From positions 1-64,000 of the forward strand of contig JAXGPF010000015.1 in NCBI GenBank assembly GCA_040767085.1: a stretch of 64,000 bases of DNA, given 5' to 3'. A program made the translations under genes and the position numbers. The notes under the pieces were generated by a model that did no database searches, was not told the DNA's origin, and worked only from the letters and a program-made list of their open reading frames with translations. The stretch comes from Kiritimatiellia bacterium. GTDB lineage: Bacteria; Verrucomicrobiota; Kiritimatiellia; JAAZAB01. How positions within the stretch are numbered: position 1 is the stretch's first letter; each line of letters begins with the position of its first letter. Positions 27,199-36,575 of the stretch are shown in pieces.

Positions 27199-27258
27199 TG
27201 CCTAACCCTCCTGTTAACCATCCGGGGGTTAATCCCCCGAATTTCATCATAATTTAAA

Positions 27259-27274
27259 AGCAAATACCATGCCA
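27259..27274 (-). promoter_or_regulatory. Sigma-54 (-24/-12) promoter of the hsp20 operon
   Basis: Minus strand TGGCATG-GTAT-TTGCT matches TGGCAYG-N4-TTGCW with exact spacing, 60 nt upstream of the first hsp20 ATG. Confidence 0.8.
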
Positions 27275-27417
27275 TGAGCGCAATATTTTTATTATACCTT
27301 GTATTTCAATATATTATCAAAACCTCAACAAACAACTAATAGCGTCATATTGGCTCTTATCAAAATATTTAAGAAAAGCAGAGTGACATTATGACGCTTT
27401 CCCGCCGAAATGATTAC

Positions 27418-27673
27418 CAACGTCGCGTCATTCTCTGAAAGACGGCGCGGTGCGGCTTGCCCTGCATAGCTTCAGCGTAGCCCGCAGGGAGACCTTGACC
27501 TGCCTCAGGGATCCGTATTCATGCTTCAGTAGGGCGGCCAGCTTGCCCGGCTAAGTCCGGCAAAGCCGGACTTCGCCGGGCGTAGCCTTGGCAAAGCCTG
27601 GGTCCTTGGCCGCTTCTGATCCAGGACGGCGCGCAAGGCGCGTGAGCGTGCCGCCGAGAATGACGCAACCCTG
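27418..27673. mobile_element. Diverged MITE copy (same family as 40562-40822 and 49376-49636)
   Basis: GCGTCATTCTC...GAGAATGACGCAACCCTG ends; shares CGGCTTGCCCTGCATAGC, CGCAGGGAGA and GTCCGGCAAAGCCGGAC. The left TIR is decayed and no TSD is visible. Confidence 0.7.
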
Positions 27674-27722
27674 GCGGAATGCCGCGGGCGGAGCGATGGC
27701 GGACGGGTGGTGAAGGCAGGAA

Positions 27723-28457
27723 TTATCGCCGGTTGACTTTGAAATCACAGACGAGTGGCAGATGGTCGGAATAAAGGACGCGTGGGATGCTGAAATCGGT
27801 AATGGCGATCTCAGGGCTATGCAGGATAAAATCCAGTTGCCGGCGCGGCGCCCAGCTGGGGAAGGAAGGCTGGCCGAACGGGAAAACGCTGGCCAAACCG
27901 CTGGCGGCCATGAAGAGGCGTATTTCGCGGTCGCCCCAGAAGGCGTTGAAATCCCCGGCGACGATACAGGGTTTGGACGTATGGCGCACGAGCGCATACA
28001 AATCGCTCAACTGGAAATGCCTGGTGCGGAAGCGCAGGGAGAGATGGACGAGAAAAATCACCACCTGTTCCAACTCCAATTCGATGACCAGGCGCTTGAC
28101 TCCTTTGGTGAAATAAGGGAATTTCTGGCGCTGAATGGCGGAGTTGCTCAAAAAGGCGTTCGCTTGCTGGCGCATTAACGGCACACGCTGGACCCAGGAA
28201 GCCCGGTCGTATTTGGATTGAAAAACATGGTAATGCCCCAGGGCTTCGGCCATGATCGCCGCCTGATTTAAGCGGCGCGAGCGATATGAGCCGGCATCAA
28301 CCTCGATGAGCCCGACTACATCCGGCGCCTGGCTGCGAATGAAGCGGATGATATTCTCCATGTTGCCGCCGGTGCGGCCCAGGTAACCGCTCCAGGGCAG
28401 GTGCAGAGGCCCGCCGCTGCCGGTACCGTAACGCAGGTTGTATAGCAGTAAACGCAT
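27723..28457 (-). CDS. Endonuclease/exonuclease/phosphatase (EEP) family protein
   Basis: LYNLRYG, DVVGLIEVD, VHLSL, AGDFN, LDFILHS and SDHLPL motifs. Start set at ATG 28457. Confidence 0.88.
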   Translation of the reverse strand: MRLLLYNLRYGTGSGGPLHLPWSGYLGRTGGNMENIIRFIRSQAPDVVGLIEVDAGSYRSRRLNQAAIMAEALGHYHVFQSKYDRASWVQRVPLMRQQANAFLSNSAIQRQKFPYFTKGVKRLVIELELEQVVIFLVHLSLRFRTRHFQLSDLYALVRHTSKPCIVAGDFNAFWGDREIRLFMAASGLASVFPFGQPSFPSWAPRRQLDFILHSPEIAITDFSIPRVLYSDHLPLVCDFKVNRR

Positions 28458-28552
28458 CGCTTGACATGCGGCCCGTGAAATGCCGCGATTGTTCCGGTCC
28501 GTAATATTTCTGCCGGTGCCGGCGCTTGCGCCGCGCCAGCAGCCCGGCCGGC

Positions 28553-29830
28553 TCAGTCGCCGGCGGGGTGGCTGCCGTCGGATATCAACCCGGCCGCCGC
28601 GCCCCAAGCCGCGCCATACACGGCGGGTAGCGGCGCATGCTGCTTCTCCGCGAGGGCGCGGCAATCCTCGTATTCCGGGGCCGCCTTGATCTCCCGCCCC
28701 TGCCAGGCGCCGATCTTGACCCGCACCGGGCCATAGGGCGTGCAGACCTCGGCGGCCCGGCGCGCGAGGACGGTGCGCTGGACGCGATGTTCCCGGATGC
28801 CGAAAGTGGTGCTTTCCCGGAAGATTTCGTTCAGCATCTCCAGGCGCTGCTCCAGCCGGCACAGGACCGTCAACAAAACTCCCGGCCGCTGTTTTTTCAT
28901 CTGCACCGGCGTGACAAAAACATCCAGTGCGCCCCGTTCCAGAATCCGCCCGGCCAGCGCTCCCAACAGTTCGGGTGAAGCGTCATCCAGGTTGCACTGC
29001 AATTCCAGGCAATCTTCCGGGGCATCTTCCGTGCCGTCGCCGTCGCGTAACACGGCGCGCAACAGGTTCGGGCGCCCGCGCAGTTGCGCGTGGCCGAAAC
29101 CATAGCCGGACCGGCGGATGCAGCCGGCTGGCGGCCGCGGCAGGGAACGCCACGCGGTCAGCAGCGCCGCACCGGTGGGCGTCACCAATTCGAACGGTTC
29201 GTCCGTGGGCACGGTGGGGAAGTCCCGCAGCAGTTCCACGGTGGCTGGCGCGGGCGAAGGCAGCACTCCGTGGGCGCACTGGATCGTACCGCACCCCAGC
29301 GGCAATGGTCCGACGGCAACCGCGTCCACGCCGAGCATCTCGCGCGCCAGGCAGGCGCCGACGATATCCACGATGGAATCGACCGCGCCGACTTCGTGAA
29401 AGTGGATTTGTTCCGGCTCGACTCCATGCACCCTGGCTTCTGCCAGGGCCAGGCTTTCAAAAACGCGCAGGCTCATGGCGCGGACCGCCGGCGGCAAATC
29501 GGCGGCCGCTACGATCCGGCGGATCTCCGGGAGGCCGCGGTGCGGCGCATGGCCATGGACATGTTCATGGCCGTGATCATGTCCATGATCATGGTCGTGA
29601 TCATGTCCATGATCGCGCGCGCTGGCCGCATCCGCCCCTACCCGCACGCGCACCTGGGTTCCCTGGAATCCGCCGAAGACACCGGCGACGGCGTCGATGG
29701 CGAACTCGCCGATATCCAGCGTCCGCAGACGCTGCTGCAATTCGTCCCGGCCGGCGCCCAGATCGATCAAGGCTGCCAGGATCATGTCGCCGCTGGCGCC
29801 GCCCACGCTTTGAAATTCCAGGATATTCAT
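28553..29830 (-). CDS. larC: Nickel pincer cofactor biosynthesis protein LarC
   Basis: GASGDMILAALIDLG, His-rich loop, HFHEVGAVDSIVD, ELVTPTGAA, MKKQRPG, TTFGIR and PEYEDC motifs. Confidence 0.93.
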   Translation of the reverse strand: MNILEFQSVGGASGDMILAALIDLGAGRDELQQRLRTLDIGEFAIDAVAGVFGGFQGTQVRVRVGADAASARDHGHDHDHDHGHDHGHEHVHGHAPHRGLPEIRRIVAAADLPPAVRAMSLRVFESLALAEARVHGVEPEQIHFHEVGAVDSIVDIVGACLAREMLGVDAVAVGPLPLGCGTIQCAHGVLPSPAPATVELLRDFPTVPTDEPFELVTPTGAALLTAWRSLPRPPAGCIRRSGYGFGHAQLRGRPNLLRAVLRDGDGTEDAPEDCLELQCNLDDASPELLGALAGRILERGALDVFVTPVQMKKQRPGVLLTVLCRLEQRLEMLNEIFRESTTFGIREHRVQRTVLARRAAEVCTPYGPVRVKIGAWQGREIKAAPEYEDCRALAEKQHAPLPAVYGAAWGAAAGLISDGSHPAGD

Positions 29831-30570
29831 GCCGGCGTCCTGTTGATCATGCCGGCAGCCACGCCGGCGCCGAAGCCGTTGTCAATGTTCACCACCGTCA
29901 CCCCGGGCACACAGGAATTCAGCATTGCCAGCAGCGCGGCCAGCCCCTGTAGTCCCGCGCCGTAGCCGGTGCTGGCAGGCACGGCAATGACCGGGCAGGC
30001 CACCAGGCCGGCAAGCACCGAAGGCAGGGCGCCTTCCATGCCTGCCACGGCTACCAGTGCCCGGGCCCGGCGCAATTGGTCCAGCCGCCCCAACAGGCGA
30101 TGCAGGCCGGCCACACCGATGTCATACGCGCGTTCCACGCGCGCGCCCATCCATTCCGCTGTCACGGCGGCTTCTTCCGCCACGGGTATATCCACCGTGC
30201 CGGCGCAAACGACCGCCACGCAGCCGGCCGGCGCGGGCGCATCGGCAGGCGGGACGGTAATCGCGCGGGCCGCCTCATGGAAAACGGCGGACGGCAGGCG
30301 CCGGCGTGTCTCGGCGTACTGTTCGGCCGAAGCGCGAGTGGCCAGGGCCGGCTGTCCCGCGTCATGCAGGGCGCGCATGACCGCCGCGATTTGCGCGCCG
30401 GTTTTACCCGGGCAGTAAACCACTTCGGGAATGCGGCAACGGCGCCAGCGGTCCAGATCCACCTGGGCGAACCCCAGGTCCCGGGCGGCAGCGCCGGACA
30501 GTATCTGCTGCGCTTCCGCCGCAGTCAAATCCCCACGCGCCACCTGCTCCAGTAGTGTCTTCAAATCCAT
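29827..30570 (-). CDS. larB: Nickel pincer cofactor biosynthesis protein LarB
   Basis: PEVVYCPGKT, AGTVDIPVAEEA, DIGVAGLHRLL, AGMEGALPSV and VVNIDNGFGA motifs. Confidence 0.93.
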   Translation of the reverse strand: MDLKTLLEQVARGDLTAAEAQQILSGAAARDLGFAQVDLDRWRRCRIPEVVYCPGKTGAQIAAVMRALHDAGQPALATRASAEQYAETRRRLPSAVFHEAARAITVPPADAPAPAGCVAVVCAGTVDIPVAEEAAVTAEWMGARVERAYDIGVAGLHRLLGRLDQLRRARALVAVAGMEGALPSVLAGLVACPVIAVPASTGYGAGLQGLAALLAMLNSCVPGVTVVNIDNGFGAGVAAGMINRTPA

Positions 30571-30572
30571 GG

Positions 30573-31463
30573 TCAGGAGGCGGCCGCCACGCGTTCGGCG
30601 CGGCCGGTCTCGATGGAACGGCGGGCGGCCGCCATGATGGCCAGGCCTTCAAAGGTAGTCCGCAGCGTCACCGGCGCGGGCCCGCCGTTGAAAAACTTTT
30701 TCATAACGCGCATGATTGCCTGCTTGTTCACACTGGTATCGCAGACAAATTGATGCACCCTGCTTTCGCCCTTGAATCCGCCCTGAACGCGGCCGCCGTA
30801 GCTGCCGCATTTTTTCACGATCTCCAGCAAGCCCTGGCGTTCCTGGCCGTAATCCACCGCCGCCACGATCCCGTTGGCCGTTTCCATGGCCTGGACGGAC
30901 TGCGGGCCGGGCCCCATCAAACTCTGCAGGGCTTCGACCACGTGCACGCCATACCAGATCAGCGAATCGCCGGCCGGGGCAATTCCCAGCGGCCCGAAGA
31001 GATGGGCCAGGCGGACCTCCGGAACGGCCGCGCGGGCGCGCACGATGTCCGGCAGGAACGGGATGGACGAGCCGGACCAGACGCGCGTGCGGTGTTTTTG
31101 CGCCAGGCGCAAAATGGCGCGGCCGTCCGCCAGGCTGCAGGCCAGGGGTTTATCCAGGAAAACCGGCTTGCCCAGTCCCGCCACCTTGCGAAAATATTCC
31201 AGGTGATAACTGCCGTCGTTGATTTCCAGCATGATGGCGTCGCAGCCAGCCAGGGCCTCGTCCAGGTTTTCGGTAACCTTGACGCCCAAAGCCGTCAACT
31301 GCGCCCGGCGGGTTTCCATTGTCTGCCGGTTGGTGAATGGCGTCGGGAAACTCAGGCAGGAAACCGCGCGCATGCCCGTCAGCGCGCGGTCCGGCCCTTG
31401 CAGGACGGAGGGATAAGCTACGCTGTGGCTGGTGTCGATCCCGATAATAGCGATCTTGATCAT
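30573..31463 (-). CDS. Gfo/Idh/MocA family oxidoreductase
   Basis: IAIIGIDTSHS, KPVFLDKPLA and WYGVHVVE motifs. Confidence 0.8.
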   Translation of the reverse strand: MIKIAIIGIDTSHSVAYPSVLQGPDRALTGMRAVSCLSFPTPFTNRQTMETRRAQLTALGVKVTENLDEALAGCDAIMLEINDGSYHLEYFRKVAGLGKPVFLDKPLACSLADGRAILRLAQKHRTRVWSGSSIPFLPDIVRARAAVPEVRLAHLFGPLGIAPAGDSLIWYGVHVVEALQSLMGPGPQSVQAMETANGIVAAVDYGQERQGLLEIVKKCGSYGGRVQGGFKGESRVHQFVCDTSVNKQAIMRVMKKFFNGGPAPVTLRTTFEGLAIMAAARRSIETGRAERVAAAS

Positions 31464-31494
31464 CTTGCTTTCCTTTGCGTTTGCGGCGGTTATT

Positions 31495-32952
31495 TTATTG
31501 ATTAAAAACAGCGGCGCCGGCCATGCCGGCGGCCAGCCGCGCTGGTAATTCGGCGATTGGCAAGCGGATTTGGCGCATGGTATCGCGGTCGCGCAGAGTG
31601 ACGGTGTTGTCCGCCAGCGTATCGAAATCCACCGTCACGCCGTAAGGTGTGCCGATTTCATCCTGGCGGCGGTAGCGGCGGCCGATGGCGCCGGTCTGAT
31701 CCCAGAAACAAGGCCAGGAGCCGCGCAGCATTTCAAACACCTCGCGGGCCTTGCCGACCAGTTCCGGCTTGTTCTTGACGAGCGGAAATACGGCCGCCTT
31801 GATCGGGGCCAGCACCGGGGCAAAACGCATGACCGTCCGCAATTCATGGCCGGCGGGCGGCGGCTGCCCGTGCGTGGCCGGACGCGGTTCGCCCGCGCCG
31901 CCGGCGGGAACCCACTCCTCGGCGTAGGCTTCGCACAGCGCCGCCAAGGCGATGCGATCAACGCCGGCGGACGGCTCCACCACGTGGGGAATGTATTTTT
32001 CCTTGGTTTCCTGGTCGAAATACTCCATGGACTTGCCGCTGTATTCCTGGTGCCGGCGGAGATCGTAGTCGCCGCGCGCAGCAATGCCTTCCAATTCCTG
32101 CACCCCAAACGGGAAGGCGTACATGATATCCACGCAGGCGCTGGCATAGTGGGCCAGTTCGCCGGGGGGGTACACATACTGGCGCAGGCGGCCCGCCGGC
32201 AGCCCGATGCGCTGGTACCACTCCATGCGCCGGGCAACCCAGTATGCGTGCCATTCCTGATCCGTGCCGGGCTTGATGAAATATTCCAGTTCCATCTGCT
32301 CGAATTCGCGCGAACGGAAGGTGAAATTACGCGGGTTGATTTCGTTGCGGAACGCCTTGCCGACCTGGGCGATGCCGAAGGGCACCTTCTGACGCGATAC
32401 CGCCAGCACATTCTGGAATTGGACGAAGATTCCCTGGGCCGTTTCCGGGCGCAGGTAAGTTGCCGATGAAGCCTCCTCCACCGGCCCGATGAACGTCTTG
32501 AACATCAGGTTAAAGGCGCGCGGCTGGGTCAACTCCGCGGATTTGCAGGCCGGACACCGCATGCCTGGCGGCAGGGCGAAACCGCCTTCGGTTTTGACCA
32601 GTTGCGCGCCCTGTTCCTCGCAGAGCATGTCCGCGCGGAAGCGTTTACGGCAGGCGCGGCAATCCACCATCGGATCCACGAAGCCGGCGGTATGGCCCGA
32701 AGCTTCCCAGACCCGGGGATTCATGATGATGGCGCAATCCAGCCCGACCACGTCCTCGCGCGTCTGGACGATGTCGCGCCACCAGGCTTCGCGGATGTTC
32801 CGTTTCAGTTCGCAGCCCAGCGGTCCGTAATCCCAGAAACCGTTAAGCCCCTCGTAGATTTCCGACCCCTGGAAGATGAATCCGCGCCGCTTGCACAGCG
32901 ATACCAGCGCGTCCATCGCCACCCGGGGTTGCTCTTCAGGATTTGCATTCAT
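31495..32952 (-). CDS. glyQS: Glycine--tRNA ligase (homodimeric, GlyQS type)
   Basis: CKRRGFIFQGSEIY, YLRPETAQGIF, FRNEI, RSREFEQME, EPSAGVDR and IGRRYRRQDEIGTP motifs. Confidence 0.95.
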   Translation of the reverse strand: MNANPEEQPRVAMDALVSLCKRRGFIFQGSEIYEGLNGFWDYGPLGCELKRNIREAWWRDIVQTREDVVGLDCAIIMNPRVWEASGHTAGFVDPMVDCRACRKRFRADMLCEEQGAQLVKTEGGFALPPGMRCPACKSAELTQPRAFNLMFKTFIGPVEEASSATYLRPETAQGIFVQFQNVLAVSRQKVPFGIAQVGKAFRNEINPRNFTFRSREFEQMELEYFIKPGTDQEWHAYWVARRMEWYQRIGLPAGRLRQYVYPPGELAHYASACVDIMYAFPFGVQELEGIAARGDYDLRRHQEYSGKSMEYFDQETKEKYIPHVVEPSAGVDRIALAALCEAYAEEWVPAGGAGEPRPATHGQPPPAGHELRTVMRFAPVLAPIKAAVFPLVKNKPELVGKAREVFEMLRGSWPCFWDQTGAIGRRYRRQDEIGTPYGVTVDFDTLADNTVTLRDRDTMRQIRLPIAELPARLAAGMAGAAVFNQ

Positions 32953-33128
32953 AGCCTGCCATCGTGCCTTTTCCAGCGGGCGCGGTCAAGCAAAAACCAG
33001 CCGTCAATCCTGAAAACTCCAGCCGCGGATCGTCCGCCATGATGCGGCGCAGCGCCTGCTCGATATCCCGCAGCAGGATCATCCTGTCCCGGCGGTCCAC
33101 GCCCAGCCGCCCTGCCGCCAGCGCCGCT

Positions 33129-34094
33129 TCATCGCGGTTCCCAGCGCCGGAACAGGCAGAGGGCGCCGCATAACAGGGCGGCAATGTACAAACCGGCGTA
33201 CACCGCCACCGCCGCGCAATATGCCAGGGAAATGCCGCCGCCGCCCGCCAGAGCTTCCACCACCCAGAAATCCTGCCAGGCGGGCAACAGGCTCAGCAGC
33301 GCCCTCAGGCCGGACCCGACCGGGGCGCGCTGCGCCAGGTAATCCACCAGGGCTCCGGCGGCCAGCATGCCCAGGTACGCCACGGCGGCCAGGTGCAGCG
33401 GCCAGCGCACGGTCAAAAGCACCGTCAGGGCCGTCATGACCAGCAAGGCCAGCGTAATCAAGCCGCCCGCCGGCAGCAGCCGCCAGTTCAGGAAAACGCC
33501 AAACCGGCACCAACCACCGCCGGGATGAATGCACGCGGCCACGGCCAGCGCCAGCAGCATGGCGGGCAACAACGCCGCCAGGGCCGCGCCGGGGAAGGAA
33601 GCCCGGCCGCGGAAATTCAGCCAGGCGGCGCACACGGCCGCTGCCGCCGCGGCGGCGGCGACGGCCAGCAGGATGGCGGCGTCAAATCGCGGGGCCGGCA
33701 GCGCGATGCGGTCGGCCAGCAAGACGCCCGCCATGGCAATCAGGCTGTGCCAGAGGATCAACGCCGCCAACCCGGCGTAACGCCCCAGCAGCAGCACCGT
33801 CCGGCCGGCCGGGGTGCAGATATTCAGGGCCAGCACGCCCGCGGAAGCCGGCTCGTAAGCGGCCGCGGCGGGGACGGCCAGGGCCAGGAACATGCCGCTG
33901 ACGGCAAACAGCGCCAGGGCGCCATCGCGCGCCAGGCGGTTTTCATCCCCCAAGTTGAACGCCACGAGGGATGGCAGCAGCAGCATCAGGCCGAGCGTGA
34001 TGGCCACCAGCAGCAGGCTTAATGGCCGGCGGGCAGCCACCTTGACGGCATAAAGCGCCGCGCCCGAAAATTGACGTAAAAATCCGCCGATCAT
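33129..34094 (-). CDS. Multi-pass membrane protein, ABC-2 permease-like
   Basis: Hydrophobic throughout; TPAGRTVLLLGRYAG resembles the ABC-2 membrane motif; ends LFRRWEPR. Start ATG 34094 overlaps the upstream stop. Confidence 0.55.
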   Translation of the reverse strand: MIGGFLRQFSGAALYAVKVAARRPLSLLLVAITLGLMLLLPSLVAFNLGDENRLARDGALALFAVSGMFLALAVPAAAAYEPASAGVLALNICTPAGRTVLLLGRYAGLAALILWHSLIAMAGVLLADRIALPAPRFDAAILLAVAAAAAAAAVCAAWLNFRGRASFPGAALAALLPAMLLALAVAACIHPGGGWCRFGVFLNWRLLPAGGLITLALLVMTALTVLLTVRWPLHLAAVAYLGMLAAGALVDYLAQRAPVGSGLRALLSLLPAWQDFWVVEALAGGGGISLAYCAAVAVYAGLYIAALLCGALCLFRRWEPR

Positions 34095-34813
34095 GCATTC
34101 TCCTCCGCGGGGGGCGACTGCGCGGCGGCGGGGGCGGGTTCGGCCAGCCGGGCCAGAGCGCAGGCGCGGCCATAGCGGCAAAACAACACGGTGCCCAGCG
34201 CCGCCGCCGTGACGCCCCAGGCGCCCCAGGTCCGATTGACCGCCAGCATGCCCGCCGCCGCGCCGGACGCCACGTCCCCGCCGGCGGCTTGCGCCAACAG
34301 TCCCAGCAGCACCGCGCCGTAGATCAGGATCGCGCCGGATTGCGCCGCCGCCCAGCGGCTGGCGGCGCAAGCGCCCAGCCGCTGCAGCAATTGGGCGGAC
34401 ATCAGATTCAGCAGCAGCATGCCCATCAGCAGCGCCACCGTCAAGGCGTTGTAATTGCCGATGAGAAACGGTTCCAGCGGCCGCGCCCGGTGCCAGACCG
34501 CGAACGGCGCCATGTACAATTGCGCCGCCAGCATCAATCCCGCCGCGCGGGCCGGGCGCAAGTCGCCGCCTGACAATTCCAGGTATTCATAGAGGCATAA
34601 AACCCCCCAACCCGTCAGCAGCGATCCCAGGACATATGCCGGCGCCCGGAGGTCAATTGCATCGCATGACAAAAACGCGCGCGCGCCGTGCAACGCCGCG
34701 GTCGCCAGCACGCCCCAGCCCACCGCGGTAAATCCCCGCGCCAGCAGGCAAAGCGGCGCCACCGTGCCGCCCGGCTGCAATTGTCCGGCATCCGCGGCCA
34801 TGTCATCCGTCAT
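34091..34813 (-). CDS. Hypothetical membrane protein
   Basis: 240-aa ORF with about six hydrophobic segments, tightly coupled to its neighbours. Confidence 0.6.
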   Translation of the reverse strand: MTDDMAADAGQLQPGGTVAPLCLLARGFTAVGWGVLATAALHGARAFLSCDAIDLRAPAYVLGSLLTGWGVLCLYEYLELSGGDLRPARAAGLMLAAQLYMAPFAVWHRARPLEPFLIGNYNALTVALLMGMLLLNLMSAQLLQRLGACAASRWAAAQSGAILIYGAVLLGLLAQAAGGDVASGAAAGMLAVNRTWGAWGVTAAALGTVLFCRYGRACALARLAEPAPAAAQSPPAEENA

Positions 34814-34838
34814 TATCCGACTCCCAACTACGCCAGGT

Positions 34839-35573
34839 TTAACTCGTTATCAAGCGCAACGCCGCCGCCAGCGCCAATGCCAGCACCATGCGCCGGAAGA
34901 ACACCGGGGAAAGGCGCTTTAAAATTTCCCTCCCCAACAGCGCGCCCGCGGCTACCGCCGGCGCGCAGGCCAGGTCCAGCAGCAGGGTGCCACGATCGAT
35001 CATGCCCAGGTGGCAATATAATGGAACTTTAATGCAGTTGAAAATAAAAAAATACCAGGCTGCGGTGCCCATGAAGCGCAGTTTGTCGAATCCGCGGCTG
35101 AGCAGGTAAATATTCATGATCGGCCCGGCGACATTGCCGACGGTGGTGGCGAACCCGGCCAGGGAACCCATCCCCACGGTAAACCAGGGCCGCCGCGGAA
35201 AATTGCTCCAGCCCAACCGCTGGCGGCCCCACTCCAACAGGGTCAAGGCCAGGACCAGCGCCCCGAGCATGAACTTCAATTGCACGTCATTGACCGTCCG
35301 CAGGAACCAGAAGCCCGCGGCGATGCCCAGAAGGACGCAGGGAAACAGCGCCCACAGCCGCACCCAATCCGCATTCCGCCGGTAATATCCGAGGGCGAAC
35401 AAATCGCCCATGATCAGCAGCGGCAGCAAGGCGCCCACCGCCATCCGCGCCGGCAGGATTTCCGCCAGCAGCGCCATGGCCAGCACGCCCACGCCCGGCA
35501 CGCCGGTCTTCGCCAGCCCCGCCAGCAATCCCGCCGCCAATCCCACCAGCCACGGCCCGATTCCCTCCGGCAT
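34839..35573 (-). CDS. TauE/SafE sulfite exporter family protein
   Basis: GLAKTGVPGVG, LLPLLIMGD, NVAGP and FFIFNCIKVP motifs. Confidence 0.85.
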   Translation of the reverse strand: MPEGIGPWLVGLAAGLLAGLAKTGVPGVGVLAMALLAEILPARMAVGALLPLLIMGDLFALGYYRRNADWVRLWALFPCVLLGIAAGFWFLRTVNDVQLKFMLGALVLALTLLEWGRQRLGWSNFPRRPWFTVGMGSLAGFATTVGNVAGPIMNIYLLSRGFDKLRFMGTAAWYFFIFNCIKVPLYCHLGMIDRGTLLLDLACAPAVAAGALLGREILKRLSPVFFRRMVLALALAAALRLITS

Positions 35574-36575
35574 TTACCACCCCCGGTTTTGCGTCAGCCA
35601 GTAAAAGGCCGGCACGGTCGCCATGCTTAAAACGGTTGACCAGAAAATGGCCCGTGCGCTCAGCAGGTTGTCACCGTTAAAACGTTCGGACATGATGCTG
35701 GCGCTGATCGCCACCGGCATGGCGGCGATCAGGTAATAAATCTGGCGCGTGGCGTCCGGCACAGAAAACCCCGCCCATGCCAGAATCCAGACGGCCGCCA
35801 CGGCCAGGCAGGGGCCGCCGATCAAGCGCGCCGCGAGCACCGCCGCCAGTTCCCCGGGCGGCGGCCGCGCGCCGGCGGCGGTCAGCGCGCCCAGTTGCGC
35901 GCCGGTGATGAGCAAGGACAGGGGAATGGTCAGACTGCCCAGCATGCTCATGGCCTGCACCGCCGCCGCGGCCGCAAACGGCCCCGGGGTCATGGCCGCG
36001 GCGGCGGACGTTTCCAGGGCGCGCGCCGCGGGCCAGATCAGGGCCAGGAGAATGCCCGCCGCCGTGGCCAGCAAGCCGGGATTCCTGAAAAGATTTTTCA
36101 CGGCCGCCAGGCTGGGCGCCGCGCCCTGCAGGGTCCAAACGCCAAGGGACCACAGGGCCAACTGCGCGCCGACGTTGAACAGCAGGACGTCCCGCACGCC
36201 GGCATCGCCGAAAAGGGCTTCGGCGATCGGCAGCGGCAGAAAGATCCAGTTGGGCAAACCGGCCAGGAACACCGCCGTCGGCAGGCGCGGCCGCGGGCAG
36301 AACCACGGCAGCACGGCCCATCCCGCCAGGATCGAGGTCAAGATCACCCCGCCGCCCAGCAGCGGGACGAACCATCCCTGGCGCAAAACGCCGGGATCCA
36401 CCGTGCGCAGCATCTGGGTCAGCACGAGGCATGGAAAAACCAGGTCCACTACCAGGCGGCTCAGGATGCGCACGGCGGCGGCGTTGATGTAAGCCCGGCG
36501 GCGCGCCCACCAGCCGACGGCCATGACCAGGAACATGGCCATTATTTTCAGCAGCACCACGCGGAATTCAGGCAT
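35574..36575 (-). CDS. AEC (auxin efflux carrier) family transporter
   Basis: PNWIFLPLPIAEALFG, NPGL, PLSLLITG and AAMPVA motifs; about 10 TM helices. Confidence 0.8.
   Translation of the reverse strand: MPEFRVVLLKIMAMFLVMAVGWWARRRAYINAAAVRILSRLVVDLVFPCLVLTQMLRTVDPGVLRQGWFVPLLGGGVILTSILAGWAVLPWFCPRPRLPTAVFLAGLPNWIFLPLPIAEALFGDAGVRDVLLFNVGAQLALWSLGVWTLQGAAPSLAAVKNLFRNPGLLATAAGILLALIWPAARALETSAAAAMTPGPFAAAAAVQAMSMLGSLTIPLSLLITGAQLGALTAAGARPPPGELAAVLAARLIGGPCLAVAAVWILAWAGFSVPDATRQIYYLIAAMPVAISASIMSERFNGDNLLSARAIFWSTVLSMATVPAFYWLTQNRGW

Noticed and set aside
27221-27240. RNA thermometer in the hsp20 leader
   Set aside because: The hairpin (GGGGG/CCCCC stem) does not sequester the AGGAGG Shine-Dalgarno, and no ROSE or fourU motif is visible.
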